A stretch of 29,020 nt of DNA from a virus (IMGVR_UViG_3300044731_001455:1-29020); one strand, 5' to 3'. Positions 8,507-17,424 are shown, numbered from the stretch's first letter. The notes: generated by a model not told the origin, from the sequence alone. Numbers and translations: made by a program.

Positions 8507-9337
8507 TCAGGCTACTTGGATAACTGCGCGGAAGGCGTGGGTGCGATCCTTGGCGCATACGTGTCCGACAAATTCGCGAGTGGTTGGCCATTGGCCGGTA
8601 GAGTTCACAGACACGGGGATGAGCGTTGGGTGCATCTGGGGAGCAATAGCGTCGCGAACTTGGGTGGCGATCCACGTGCTGTCCAATGGGGGTTCGCCGG
8701 CGGTGTATTGGTAATCAAAATCGGCCTTTATTTCGCCGTCGATCGTGATGGCGATGCGCAGAAACGGGTTGTGGATATCGTGCAGGGTTTCCGCGTAATC
8801 GGTGGGGCGAACGGAGCGTCGGCCGGTGCTGCCGACGTAATGGATCGATCTTTCCCAAAGCACGTCCGGATCCGGGGCCGCGTGTTTGGATTCGGCGTGA
8901 AATCCGCGCGTGTGACTGTAGCGGATCACGGGATCATGGACGTTGAGCCCAAAAGCCTCGTCGATGGCATGGGCAAATCCGGTCCGGCCTCCTGTGAGAG
9001 AGTTTGGACGTCCGCCGCTGGCTCCGTTCGCCCGTGCCGCCGCTGCCTTCTGCGGGCTCCTCGACGAGCCTCCGCGTCGGGCCAGCACGCGGGCTGCGGC
9101 AATCGCGTCGCAGGCATCGTTGAGCGCGCTGCGCATGTCGGAGGGCGACATGATTTCATCGTCGGCGGGGCTGACGGGGCAAAGGACCGTGACGCTGTCC
9201 CGATTGCGCGTCACGTATCTGTAGTTTCGTCCTGGAGAGGTAACGATGGTGCCGACGGCGAAGCCTCGAGGTACGCGCAGGGTTCGCTCGAAGAGATAGA
9301 TGTCCGTCTCGGGTGTGTCGGTACTGGTGGTGCTCAT
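8507..9337 (-). CDS. Inverted-cassette protein with basic KAAAARANGASGGRP motif (putative DNA-binding regulator)
   Basis: ATG start, co-directional with the cassette promoter; motif ARRGGSSRSPQKAAAARANGASGGRP seen in small phage DNA-binding proteins. Confidence 0.6.
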   Translation of the reverse strand: MSTTSTDTPETDIYLFERTLRVPRGFAVGTIVTSPGRNYRYVTRNRDSVTVLCPVSPADDEIMSPSDMRSALNDACDAIAAARVLARRGGSSRSPQKAAAARANGASGGRPNSLTGGRTGFAHAIDEAFGLNVHDPVIRYSHTRGFHAESKHAAPDPDVLWERSIHYVGSTGRRSVRPTDYAETLHDIHNPFLRIAITIDGEIKADFDYQYTAGEPPLDSTWIATQVRDAIAPQMHPTLIPVSVNSTGQWPTTREFVGHVCAKDRTHAFRAVIQVA

Positions 9338-9367
9338 GGTGTTTGGTCTTGGGGTTGGGACGGAGTT

Positions 9368-9604
9368 TTAGGGAGCGAGATTGTAGGCGTCCGGGATGTC
9401 ATCGTATCGGACCAACCAACCTTGGCTCAACCCGTGCGCAATGGCAGCATCGGCGAGCTGGTAGCAGTTCTCTCGGGTCCCGTTTTGGGCCTGGATCCGG
9501 ATTTCTCGGGCGATTTCATCCCGACCGACCGGACCGCAGGCGCGTACGATTTCAATCGTGGCGTCAATGTGGTTGTGGGTTGCGGGTGTCATGTGTGTGT
9601 CCAT
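9368..9604 (-). CDS. Small hypothetical protein (possibly winged-helix-like), first gene of the inverted cassette
   Basis: ATG at 9604 lies 7 nt after a candidate -10; MDTHMTPATH...WLVRYDD. Confidence 0.55.
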   Translation of the reverse strand: MDTHMTPATHNHIDATIEIVRACGPVGRDEIAREIRIQAQNGTRENCYQLADAAIAHGLSQGWLVRYDDIPDAYNLAP

Positions 9605-9640
9605 GGACAAAGAAATAACCCAAGCGCTTGGGTTTGTCAA
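9605..9640 (-). promoter_or_regulatory. Sigma70-like promoter with perfect 18-bp palindromic operator
   Basis: Minus strand TTGACA-17-TATTTC; AACCCAAGCGCTTGGGTT (9617-9634) fills the spacer. Confidence 0.7.
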
Positions 9641-9651
9641 GGGGGTGCTGT

Positions 9652-9921
9652 GTGAGTGAAGAAATGGATGACATCGATTTCGCCGACATAGCCGACGAAA
9701 GCCCGCTCGGGCCCCAGCGATGCCTATTCCCGCGGGAGTGTTTGATGCCGGGGCCGCACTACACGTGCGAATGCCACACGCTGGACGATCTAATTGGCCC
9801 GGCCGAGGCGAAGAAGGTCCGGCGCATGGATCGCCTCACGCAGCGTGAAAGGCGCAAGGCGAGGCAACTGCGTGCCCTGGTGCACCACCTGTGCGGTTCA
9901 GAGCCGAGGAGGAAGGCATGA
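9652..9921 (+). CDS. Cys/His-containing hypothetical protein
   Basis: GTG start; CLFPRECLMPGPHYTCECH; ATGA overlap with the next gene. Confidence 0.55.
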   Translation: MSEEMDDIDFADIADESPLGPQRCLFPRECLMPGPHYTCECHTLDDLIGPAEAKKVRRMDRLTQRERRKARQLRALVHHLCGSEPRRKA

Positions 9922-10157
9922 GTGACGCACTCCCCCAATCTGACCCGCGAGGGCTCGGTAAGTCCTATGATGATGTTTGCTGCATCTATAATGGTAAACG
10001 CGTCCGAATAGCCGACTCCTACGCATTCGAACTGCGATGCACGCGGGCCGGAGGTTGGTCACTCTGGCATGTTTGGGGTGGGATCGAGCAAAGGCTTGCG
10101 GAGGAATTCGGCGAGCCGCGACTGCAAATTGAAGTGAGGGGAGTCCGCATACTGTGA
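9918..10157 (+). CDS. Hypothetical protein
   Basis: GGAGGAAGG RBS, ATG at 9918. Confidence 0.55.
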   Translation: MSDALPQSDPRGLGKSYDDVCCIYNGKRVRIADSYAFELRCTRAGGWSLWHVWGGIEQRLAEEFGEPRLQIEVRGVRIL

Positions 10158-10158
10158 C

Positions 10159-10920
10159 ATGAGTGCCGATATTCCCCAATCTGACCCTCTGGCGGTCGCT
10201 GAGTCAGTCAGCGCAGCCATGGTCCGCCAGCCGGACCTTTTCGCTGGTGAGGCCTTTTCGAGTTCTGAGCTGGAAATGGTCAGGCATGCACGGAAAGGCA
10301 GGTACAACGGCGCCGTGACCACCCGGAGCGAGGCTCGTGTGGCTCTGGTGGTGGCCCTGCGGCAGATGGGATGCTCGCTGCGGGAGATCCAGCGGCGCAC
10401 CGGGATGGACACCCGCTTGGTGCTCGTGGTCGTGCGGGAAGCCGAAAAGTGCGGTGTCGTACCAGCGATTAAAGAGGAGCTGGGAAGGCGACTGGCCGAG
10501 ACGACCGAGCTTGCATTGGCCCGACTGGGTCAAGAGCTGGAGAAAGAGGAGCCGGATCACCAGTTGGTCCGGGCGCTTGGGGTTGTGGCGGGGATTGGCG
10601 CCGACAAGATGACGGCCGCCGGCGCGAGCGGCCCGGACCTGCATCTCCACCAGCACGTCCACCTGGCCGGTGCCGACCCGGCCCGCGACTACCTCATGAA
10701 GCGGGCTGCGGTGCTGGCAACTGAGTCGGAGTCAGCCCAGCAACCCACGGAATCCACGCCAATCTTGGCCGATGTCGATGCTGCCGCCGTGCTGGCTGCT
10801 CACGTCGGCAGCCGGACCGACTCGAGTCCTGATCCCGGACCGAACCCGGCACCCGCCTCGAACACCCCCGCCACCCCGGGGGGGGGGTCGCCGATTTTGG
10901 CGCCGGGCGCCACGCCGTAG
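10159..10920 (+). CDS. HTH protein, possibly terminase small subunit-like
   Basis: N-terminal HTH (GCSLREIQRRTGMD), helical oligomerisation-like region (LGVVAGIGADK), low-complexity tail. Confidence 0.5.
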   Translation: MSADIPQSDPLAVAESVSAAMVRQPDLFAGEAFSSSELEMVRHARKGRYNGAVTTRSEARVALVVALRQMGCSLREIQRRTGMDTRLVLVVVREAEKCGVVPAIKEELGRRLAETTELALARLGQELEKEEPDHQLVRALGVVAGIGADKMTAAGASGPDLHLHQHVHLAGADPARDYLMKRAAVLATESESAQQPTESTPILADVDAAAVLAAHVGSRTDSSPDPGPNPAPASNTPATPGGGSPILAPGATP

Positions 10921-10949
10921 TCGTCACCGTCAGAGAACTTTTTGCACAC

Positions 10950-11429
10950 ATGCCCGACCCCCAAACCAACCCCATCGAACCCGTGGACTCTGGCGAGCTG
11001 GCCTTGAGCCTCGGAATCACCATCCCCCTCCTTCGCACCCTGCGCCGCCAACACCTGGCCGAAGGTGCCGATTGGTTCCGCTCTGGTAACTCCGTGCTGA
11101 TCCAGCCTGAAGGCGTCGAAAAGCTGCGGCTGGCGATCGGCTTGGACGCGGAAAAGGCGCCCCCCGCGGCGCCCCCCGCGGCGCTCAAGGCGGTGGTCGT
11201 GAGTTCGCCCCGGGCCTTCGGGAACGTCAGGAAGCACTTCCCGAACGCGGGCGTCATCCGCTGCGCGATCGAGGGCACGGGGGAACTGGTCTGGGTCAGG
11301 GTCCGCAGCTCGGTCAATTACTTCCCCCGCCTCCGCAACGGGGATCCCATGATCCTCGAAGTCCAGAAACAGCCAGACGGACGGTGGCAAGCCCTGGGAC
11401 GGGCGCCACGCTTCCCGGCTCGCTGGTAG
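10950..11429 (+). CDS. Hypothetical protein (possible DNA-binding N-terminus)
   Basis: ATG start, in-operon position, ELALSLGIT HTH-like segment. Confidence 0.6.
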   Translation: MPDPQTNPIEPVDSGELALSLGITIPLLRTLRRQHLAEGADWFRSGNSVLIQPEGVEKLRLAIGLDAEKAPPAAPPAALKAVVVSSPRAFGNVRKHFPNAGVIRCAIEGTGELVWVRVRSSVNYFPRLRNGDPMILEVQKQPDGRWQALGRAPRFPARW

Positions 11430-11476
11430 AGCCTTCCATCCCCCTTTCACCGCCAGACTCAACAGAAAGCCACCTC

Positions 11477-12538
11477 ATGATCGTCAAACCAAGCCTGTTG
11501 GATCACCCGAAGTTCCTGCGCCTGCAAAGACGACTCGGAAAAGACAGCCTGCACCTTCTGATCCGCATCTGGGCCCACTGCGAGACGGATTGCAGGGGCG
11601 AAGTGTGGGCAGACAAGGATCCGGAATACCTCGAAGCCGTCGCCCGGTGGGAAGGCGAGGCAGGGTTTGCATTCAAGGCCTTCGTGGACGCCGGATTCAT
11701 CGCCTACACCGGAGGCTCCATTTTGGTCCACGACTGGAACGAAATGAACGCCTCGCTGATCGCGTCCTGGACCAACGGGCGCACCGGAGGGAGGCCTTCC
11801 CGCAAAACCCACGGGGTAACCCAAGTGGGTGTTAACCAGAACCCAGCGGATAACCCATCGGTTTCGTCAAAAACAACCCACGGGGTAACCGGGGAGCAGG
11901 TTTCGGATAACCCAGAGGTTACCCCACGGGTAACCCACGGGTTGCAAGATGCGACTTCTTTGCAAAATGGCCAATCCACGGAACCCACGGGTAACCCACG
12001 GGTTTCCGAAACAGGCCAAATCGAAACCCGTGGGACCCCCGAGAAGAGAAGAGAAGAAGACACACTCGCGTGCGAGAGCCATTCAGCCTTCGCTGAGGCT
12101 CCGTCAGTCGAGGAAGTCTTGAGCTTTGGTTCCTCCTTCCGGGGGGAGATGGCAACAGGTGCCCCCGGGCCCATCGATCCGGCTTACTGCCGCTCGTGGT
12201 GGGAACGGAAGGACAACTCGAGGAACGGGGGGTGGTCTACAATCCTCGACTGGCGCAGGGCACTGGTCTCGTCCTGGCGCGCAGACTTCCGAAAGACCTT
12301 CTGGAAGGGCGGGAGCGCCAGCGCGTCTACGTCGACACCTGCGGAGCGCGCCGAATCGGTCCCCCTGGGCATCCGGATCCGCGAACTCGAAAAGGCCGCC
12401 GAGGAGCACATTGGGAACCCCGAAAGCACGCGCGGCACCTTGGAGGCCAAGGCGAAGGCCAAGCCGGAGTGGTTGAAACTGAAAAAGCTGGTGCGGGAAC
12501 TGCGCGGCCAGCTCGTTGGCACGGAGGTGGAGCCGTGA
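11477..12538 (+). CDS. Phage replication initiator (lambda O / DUF1376-like architecture)
   Basis: LLDHPKFLRL N-terminal winged-helix-like domain, NGRTGGRP, central repeat-encoded linker, EKRREE, C-terminal helical domain; upstream of DnaB. Confidence 0.75.
   Translation: MIVKPSLLDHPKFLRLQRRLGKDSLHLLIRIWAHCETDCRGEVWADKDPEYLEAVARWEGEAGFAFKAFVDAGFIAYTGGSILVHDWNEMNASLIASWTNGRTGGRPSRKTHGVTQVGVNQNPADNPSVSSKTTHGVTGEQVSDNPEVTPRVTHGLQDATSLQNGQSTEPTGNPRVSETGQIETRGTPEKRREEDTLACESHSAFAEAPSVEEVLSFGSSFRGEMATGAPGPIDPAYCRSWWERKDNSRNGGWSTILDWRRALVSSWRADFRKTFWKGGSASASTSTPAERAESVPLGIRIRELEKAAEEHIGNPESTRGTLEAKAKAKPEWLKLKKLVRELRGQLVGTEVEP
11806..12060 (+). repeat. Iteron cluster / putative replication origin inside the initiator gene
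   Basis: Exact AACCCACGG at 11806, 11875, 11932, 11982, 11993, plus GGTAACC/GATAACC variants, an inverted copy near 12024, and a purine run at 12041-12060. Confidence 0.75.
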
Positions 12539-12681
12539 GTGGCCGAGGACACCGGAGCGGGCCGCAGGAGGACATGAAGAAGGCCGTCCGTGAACTGTGG
12601 AAGAGGGTGAAGCAGCGATCGGAGGAACGCTCGGTGGTGAAATTCATCCCTCACCCCAAGACCAGGAAGGAGGCGCGATGA
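12535..12681 (+). CDS. Small basic hypothetical protein
   Basis: GTGA/ATGA overlaps and a GGAGG RBS. Confidence 0.45.
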   Translation: MSGRGHRSGPQEDMKKAVRELWKRVKQRSEERSVVKFIPHPKTRKEAR

Positions 12682-13142
12682 GTTCCACCAGTCCAATCCC
12701 GCCCGGCGCTCGTTGCGGTGGGTGCTGTCACTTTCTGTTTGGTGACCGAATGGCTCAAACCGGATTTTGCAGTTTGTTCATGAAGACTACTGAACCAAAC
12801 GCCGGATCCGCCTGCACTGCGTGGCAATCGCGGATTGGGTCGTGCGACCAGTCTTTCGGCCCAGCGGAACCTCCCCAATGCGGAAACCGCGATACAACCG
12901 CAGGGAATGAGGACGCGCAAACCGCTGGGCCGGTCAAATGGTCGTACGAGATCTTTCGAAACGAATTGTTCGTGGGATCAGGTTCAGGGTTGCGCGGCAT
13001 CGATGATGTTTTGGCTGCCGTCCGCCACGCGATGGTCACATCTGAGAAATTTGGCAATCAGCTGACGCGCGTCGTAGTTACTCGCCATGCGTCGCGGAAC
13101 AACGCGATGAGCGCACGCGCCGCCACGGAGGCACCCCAATGA
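12678..13142 (+). CDS. Cys-rich hypothetical protein
   Basis: CGGCCHF...C...CTAW motif; GGAGG RBS; ATGA coupling. Confidence 0.6.
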   Translation: MSSTSPIPPGARCGGCCHFLFGDRMAQTGFCSLFMKTTEPNAGSACTAWQSRIGSCDQSFGPAEPPQCGNRDTTAGNEDAQTAGPVKWSYEIFRNELFVGSGSGLRGIDDVLAAVRHAMVTSEKFGNQLTRVVVTRHASRNNAMSARAATEAPQ

Positions 13143-13426
13143 CCACCACCCCTATGCCACGCGAAGCCGTAGCCCAAGCCGCGGCTCGCTTCTGCAAGCC
13201 CAAGCCAACGCCTGAACGTGAGCCGGTGCGTCACTGGTTCAAGGTCCGGGAGCTTATGGCTACGGGTCCCAAGTCGTACCGCGACGTTGCGGCGGCCCTG
13301 CTGCTGAATCCCTGGCACGCCAACACGCTGATTCGTCGGCTCGCCTGGGCGGGGCTGATTGAAGTTCACCAGCGCGGGCTGAAAGGCAGCCGGCGCCGGG
13401 CCACGACGTACAGGATCAAGCAATGA
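13139..13426 (+). CDS. Winged-helix DNA-binding protein
   Basis: GPKSYRDVAAALL...LIRRLAWAGLIEV...YRI. Confidence 0.65.
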   Translation: MTTTPMPREAVAQAAARFCKPKPTPEREPVRHWFKVRELMATGPKSYRDVAAALLLNPWHANTLIRRLAWAGLIEVHQRGLKGSRRRATTYRIKQ

Positions 13427-14880
13427 GTGCCCCGAACGATCGGCTGCCACCTCACGCCCCGGATGCGGAGCGCGCTGTGCTCGGGTGCTGCCTTGAGGAT
13501 CCCAGTCTGCTCGTGGTCGCCCAGCAGGCGCTCCACAACGGGGCCGAGGCGTTCTATGACCTGCGGCACCGGGAAATCTTCGCCGCCTTGGTGGCGATGG
13601 AGAACGAGGGTCGCGGCGTCGACATGATTGGGCTGATGTCTCGGCTGCGGGACATCGGGAAACTCGAAGCGGTGGGCGGCATTGTCTACCTCAACGAGAT
13701 CGTGGACGGAGTCACCTCGACGCAGAACATCGAGGCGTACCTCTCGGACGTTCGCGACAAGGCGACGCTCCGGGCAATGATCCAGACGTGCGTGGGCACG
13801 GTCTCTGCCGCCTACCAGCACGCCGGCCCGGTGATGGAGCTGGTGGGGCAATTCCAGTCCGAGGTGGGAAGCCTGACTCAGGCGCACGTCAGATCGGCGG
13901 ACGTGCCGATCGCCACGCCGATGATGGAGCTGGCGGCCATCCTCGACGAGCGATCCAGGGGCAAGCAGGCGATCACCGGCATCCCAACGCCGTGGTGGTA
14001 TCTCAACAACATGACGTGCGGGCTCCAGCGGTCGGAGTACTACGTCATCGCGGCCCGGCCTTCGACGGGGAAGACCGCCATGGGCGTCGACATCGCGTTG
14101 CACGCGGCAATTACGGGCGTGCCGGTCCTGTTCTACTCCATAGAGATGACGGCCCGGGAGATCGCGCTGCGCATGCTGGCTAACCGGTCCAGGGTGAACG
14201 GCCTGAAGCTGCGAAATGGGTTCTGGCGAGAGAACAAGAAGGCGGACATCGCCGCTGCATCGGAGCAGATCGTGGGCCTCCCAATCCGCATCGACGAACG
14301 GAAGTCCATGAGTGGGCAGGACATTCTCCTGGGCACCCGGCGGGCTGTGCGGGAGCACAACATCGGCCTCATCGTCGTGGACTACATCCAGAAGTTGACC
14401 GCCGTTAGGCAGCGAAACTCCCGCCACGAGGAACTCACCGAGGCCTCGGGCTACATGGCGCGCGTCGCCAAGGAGCTGAACATCCCCGTCGTGGTCTGCG
14501 CCCAGCTCAACCGCGATTCCGACAAGGACCGGGGCGGCAAGCGCCCCCTGCTGGCCGACATCAAGGACTGCGGCGCGATCGAGCAGGATGCCGACGTGGT
14601 CGGACTGCTGTGGGAGCCCAAGGTCGACGAGTCCGATCCGGAGGAAATGAAGTGGCTGGAGCATCACCAGCCCGACGACCCGAAGGACGACGGCAAATGG
14701 CATGCGGAGGGACCGGATGCCGGGGGGAGGGCGGACTTCCGGAGGATCAATTTCAGCATCGCGAAGAACCGCAACGGCCCCACGGGGGAGTGCGAACTGG
14801 TGATGCAGAAAGCCAGCGCGCGATTCGTGGACGCTCACTCTCCAAAGCGCGTGAAGGAGAAACAGGGAACCATCATCTGA
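13423..14880 (+). CDS. dnaB: Replicative DNA helicase, DnaB family
   Basis: PPHAPDAERAVLG N-terminus, Walker A ARPSTGKT, VDYIQ, AQLNR, GAIEQDAD, IAKNRNGPTG. Confidence 0.96.
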   Translation: MSAPNDRLPPHAPDAERAVLGCCLEDPSLLVVAQQALHNGAEAFYDLRHREIFAALVAMENEGRGVDMIGLMSRLRDIGKLEAVGGIVYLNEIVDGVTSTQNIEAYLSDVRDKATLRAMIQTCVGTVSAAYQHAGPVMELVGQFQSEVGSLTQAHVRSADVPIATPMMELAAILDERSRGKQAITGIPTPWWYLNNMTCGLQRSEYYVIAARPSTGKTAMGVDIALHAAITGVPVLFYSIEMTAREIALRMLANRSRVNGLKLRNGFWRENKKADIAAASEQIVGLPIRIDERKSMSGQDILLGTRRAVREHNIGLIVVDYIQKLTAVRQRNSRHEELTEASGYMARVAKELNIPVVVCAQLNRDSDKDRGGKRPLLADIKDCGAIEQDADVVGLLWEPKVDESDPEEMKWLEHHQPDDPKDDGKWHAEGPDAGGRADFRRINFSIAKNRNGPTGECELVMQKASARFVDAHSPKRVKEKQGTII

Positions 14881-14884
14881 AGCC

Positions 14885-15457
14885 ATGACACCCGAAGAAC
14901 TCGTGACGGCGGTGCAGGTGGCCGGGGGTGGCGTGCGGAAGCTGGCTGATGGCCGGTTCTCTCTGTGGGGGCCGGTGCCGGACGCCATCGTCGAAGCCAT
15001 CAAGGCCCAGCGAGACCAATTCGTCGAGGCGTGGGACGCGGAGCGCAACGACCGGTACCTACGTACCCCAACGACGGACATTAAGCTGCGGAAGGATCCG
15101 CCTCACCGCATGCGGGCCGCTCTGAAACGTCGCGTCCAACAGTACGTGCTGAACCAGTGCCCGGAGGTGTCGCGATACGCCTTCGATCGGTCGATTCACT
15201 ACCACGAGGTGCATCCGGAGTGGGGCGAGGGCGATTGCGCGACCGCCGCGGCGCTCGACGTCGTGGAGTGGCAGCTCGTGCGGCACGAGGATCCTGTGGC
15301 GATGCTCGTCTCGCTCGGAGAAGCGTTCGACGAGATCATGATTTCCTCGGGGCAATGCGTCCAAACAGGAGTCGGACCCGGTTCGCCTGCTGGGTTGGGG
15401 AGCAAACGCATTCGCCGGCCGAATGGTACGGGTAACCCCGAGGATAACGATCGATGA
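14885..15457 (+). CDS. Hypothetical protein (N-terminus weakly TubC-N docking-domain-like)
   Basis: ATG start, ATGA coupling to terminase; fold call is tentative. Confidence 0.55.
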   Translation: MTPEELVTAVQVAGGGVRKLADGRFSLWGPVPDAIVEAIKAQRDQFVEAWDAERNDRYLRTPTTDIKLRKDPPHRMRAALKRRVQQYVLNQCPEVSRYAFDRSIHYHEVHPEWGEGDCATAAALDVVEWQLVRHEDPVAMLVSLGEAFDEIMISSGQCVQTGVGPGSPAGLGSKRIRRPNGTGNPEDNDR

Positions 15458-17424
15458 CGTTCGAGGACCTCATCGCGCGAGAGCCGGATCATCCGCTCCT
15501 TCCGCTTCCGAGCGAGGCGGAGCTGGATCGGATGATCCGGCGGGCTGGTCCGGATCGGGCGCTCAAGGAGTGGGAGGACCTGTGCGAGATGCGGCGTCGC
15601 ATCATCCGCAGTGCGGTGGATGATCCCGTGCGTTTTGCTCCTCGCCCGGTGTTCTGGCGCTCCGCTCGGCGCATGCTGCAAAACCCGACGACCAAGCTGC
15701 TGGTCATTCTGGGCGGCAACCGTTCAAGCAAGTCGTTCTTCGCCGCCTACACGCTCATGGAGACGGCGCTGGCCGTCACTGCTCCCGAGGTGGCGGTCAA
15801 TGAAGGCGTGACGTTTCTGGTCACCTCGGAGTCGGAGGATTCATCGAAGGACACGGCCCAAAAGATCGTGTGGGGCCTGCTTCCGCAGCCGCTCAAGAAG
15901 CTGAACGGCAAGCGCGACCACACGACCTTCATTCACTACTCCGTAAAAAACGGGTTCACCGACAACGTGCTCGTGCTGCCCAGTGGCGTGAAGATCCAGT
16001 TTGCCACGTACAACCAAGACCCCGGGGAGTGGGAAGGGCGCGAGTTGGGTCTGAAACATCGGCGGGCGATGGCGTGGTGGGCGGACGAGAACATGACGCT
16101 TCCGTGGTTCATGATGTTCCAGCGCCGCGGCAAGTACCGACCTGGCTTCGGACTGTGGTCGTTCACGCCGGTGAACGGAATCACGGCGACAATCAAGGAA
16201 GCGGTCGGGTCTGGGACCGTGCGCGTAACCCGGTCGGCGAAGCTGCTGCCCTTCGATCAAATCCTTGTGCCCGGTCTGAAGGCTGGCCGTGTGCCGTTCA
16301 TCCAGGACGGGGCCGAGCCCACCACGGCGGTCATCTACTTTCATTCGGACCTGACCCCGTTCCGGTCGGGTGGTCGGAAGTACTCCGACCTCGTTGCCGA
16401 GCTGGTGGCGGGCAAGACCAAGGCGTACATCCTTGCCGTCTTCTACGGGTACACCGAGGACGTCGCGGGGCGCGCGTGGCCGAAGTACGCGCGCACGACG
16501 CACATGGTGCCCGTGTCCAGGCTTCCCGCGCGTGGGTCCAACTACCTCATAATCGATCCGGCGGGAGCGCGGTCGTGGTTCATGGTCTGGATCCGTGTGG
16601 AGCCCGGCAATCCCCGGCGCCTGTGGATTTATCGCGATTGGCCCGACAAACGGCGGCATGGCGAGTGGGCGGTGCCCACAACACGGCAAATCGGTCCGGA
16701 CTCCCGGCGGGGGCGCGATGGCGACGCCGGCCCGGCTCAACGGAATCCAGGCTGGGGCGTGGCGAGGTACAAGCGGCAAATCCTCGCCGAGGAGACGATC
16801 GAGATGAAGGTGGGGGCGGATGGCCGTTGGCTGGATCCGGACCCGTATCGGCGGGACCGCCTCGACCAGGCGATGCGACTTGGCGCCAAACGCCCGTTGC
16901 GAACGGTCGTGCATCCCAACGGCGTCGAGGAATGTTGGTGGGGCAAGGCCGACGTGGAGGACGTCCGCACGAAGCTGAAGGAGCCAGTGCGCGAGGAGGT
17001 GGTGCTGCGGTTCGTTGACCCCCGTGCAGTGGGCCAGCCGCAGGCGGCCGAGAAGGGCGGGGTGACGTTGGTCACGTTGTTCGAAGACGAACAGCGGGCC
17101 CCGGACGGCACGATCGAAGGCCCGAGCATGCCCGTGATTCCGGCCTACTCGGGCCGAGATATTGAGGAGGGCATTCGGGCGGTGAACGATCTGTTGGACT
17201 TCGACGAGGAGGCTCCGATCGTGCCGCTGCTCAACGAGCCAAGGCTTCGGATTTCCGAGAAGTGCGAACAGGTGGACTGGTCGCTCAGTCATTACACCGG
17301 GGAAGGCTCCGAGAGTGATGGCGGCAAGGACACGGCGGACGTCATTCGCTACGTGGCGATGACCGAAGACCTTCAATTCGTGGACACAAAATCAAGCCGC
17401 GTGCGTCGCGGATGGAGCTACTGA
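15454..17424 (+). CDS. terL: Terminase large subunit
   Basis: Walker A GGNRSSKS, Walker B WWADE, motif III SFTP, nuclease IIDPAG and C-terminal KDTADVIRY. Confidence 0.88.
   Translation: MTFEDLIAREPDHPLLPLPSEAELDRMIRRAGPDRALKEWEDLCEMRRRIIRSAVDDPVRFAPRPVFWRSARRMLQNPTTKLLVILGGNRSSKSFFAAYTLMETALAVTAPEVAVNEGVTFLVTSESEDSSKDTAQKIVWGLLPQPLKKLNGKRDHTTFIHYSVKNGFTDNVLVLPSGVKIQFATYNQDPGEWEGRELGLKHRRAMAWWADENMTLPWFMMFQRRGKYRPGFGLWSFTPVNGITATIKEAVGSGTVRVTRSAKLLPFDQILVPGLKAGRVPFIQDGAEPTTAVIYFHSDLTPFRSGGRKYSDLVAELVAGKTKAYILAVFYGYTEDVAGRAWPKYARTTHMVPVSRLPARGSNYLIIDPAGARSWFMVWIRVEPGNPRRLWIYRDWPDKRRHGEWAVPTTRQIGPDSRRGRDGDAGPAQRNPGWGVARYKRQILAEETIEMKVGADGRWLDPDPYRRDRLDQAMRLGAKRPLRTVVHPNGVEECWWGKADVEDVRTKLKEPVREEVVLRFVDPRAVGQPQAAEKGGVTLVTLFEDEQRAPDGTIEGPSMPVIPAYSGRDIEEGIRAVNDLLDFDEEAPIVPLLNEPRLRISEKCEQVDWSLSHYTGEGSESDGGKDTADVIRYVAMTEDLQFVDTKSSRVRRGWSY

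Noticed and set aside
11156-11184. 12-bp tandem repeat GGCGCCCCCCGC x2.4
   Set aside because: Simple in-frame slippage duplication in an Ala/Pro linker.
11806-12040. CRISPR array or DGR template repeat
   Set aside because: Repeats are short, irregularly spaced and in-frame within a gene; no cas or reverse transcriptase gene in the window.
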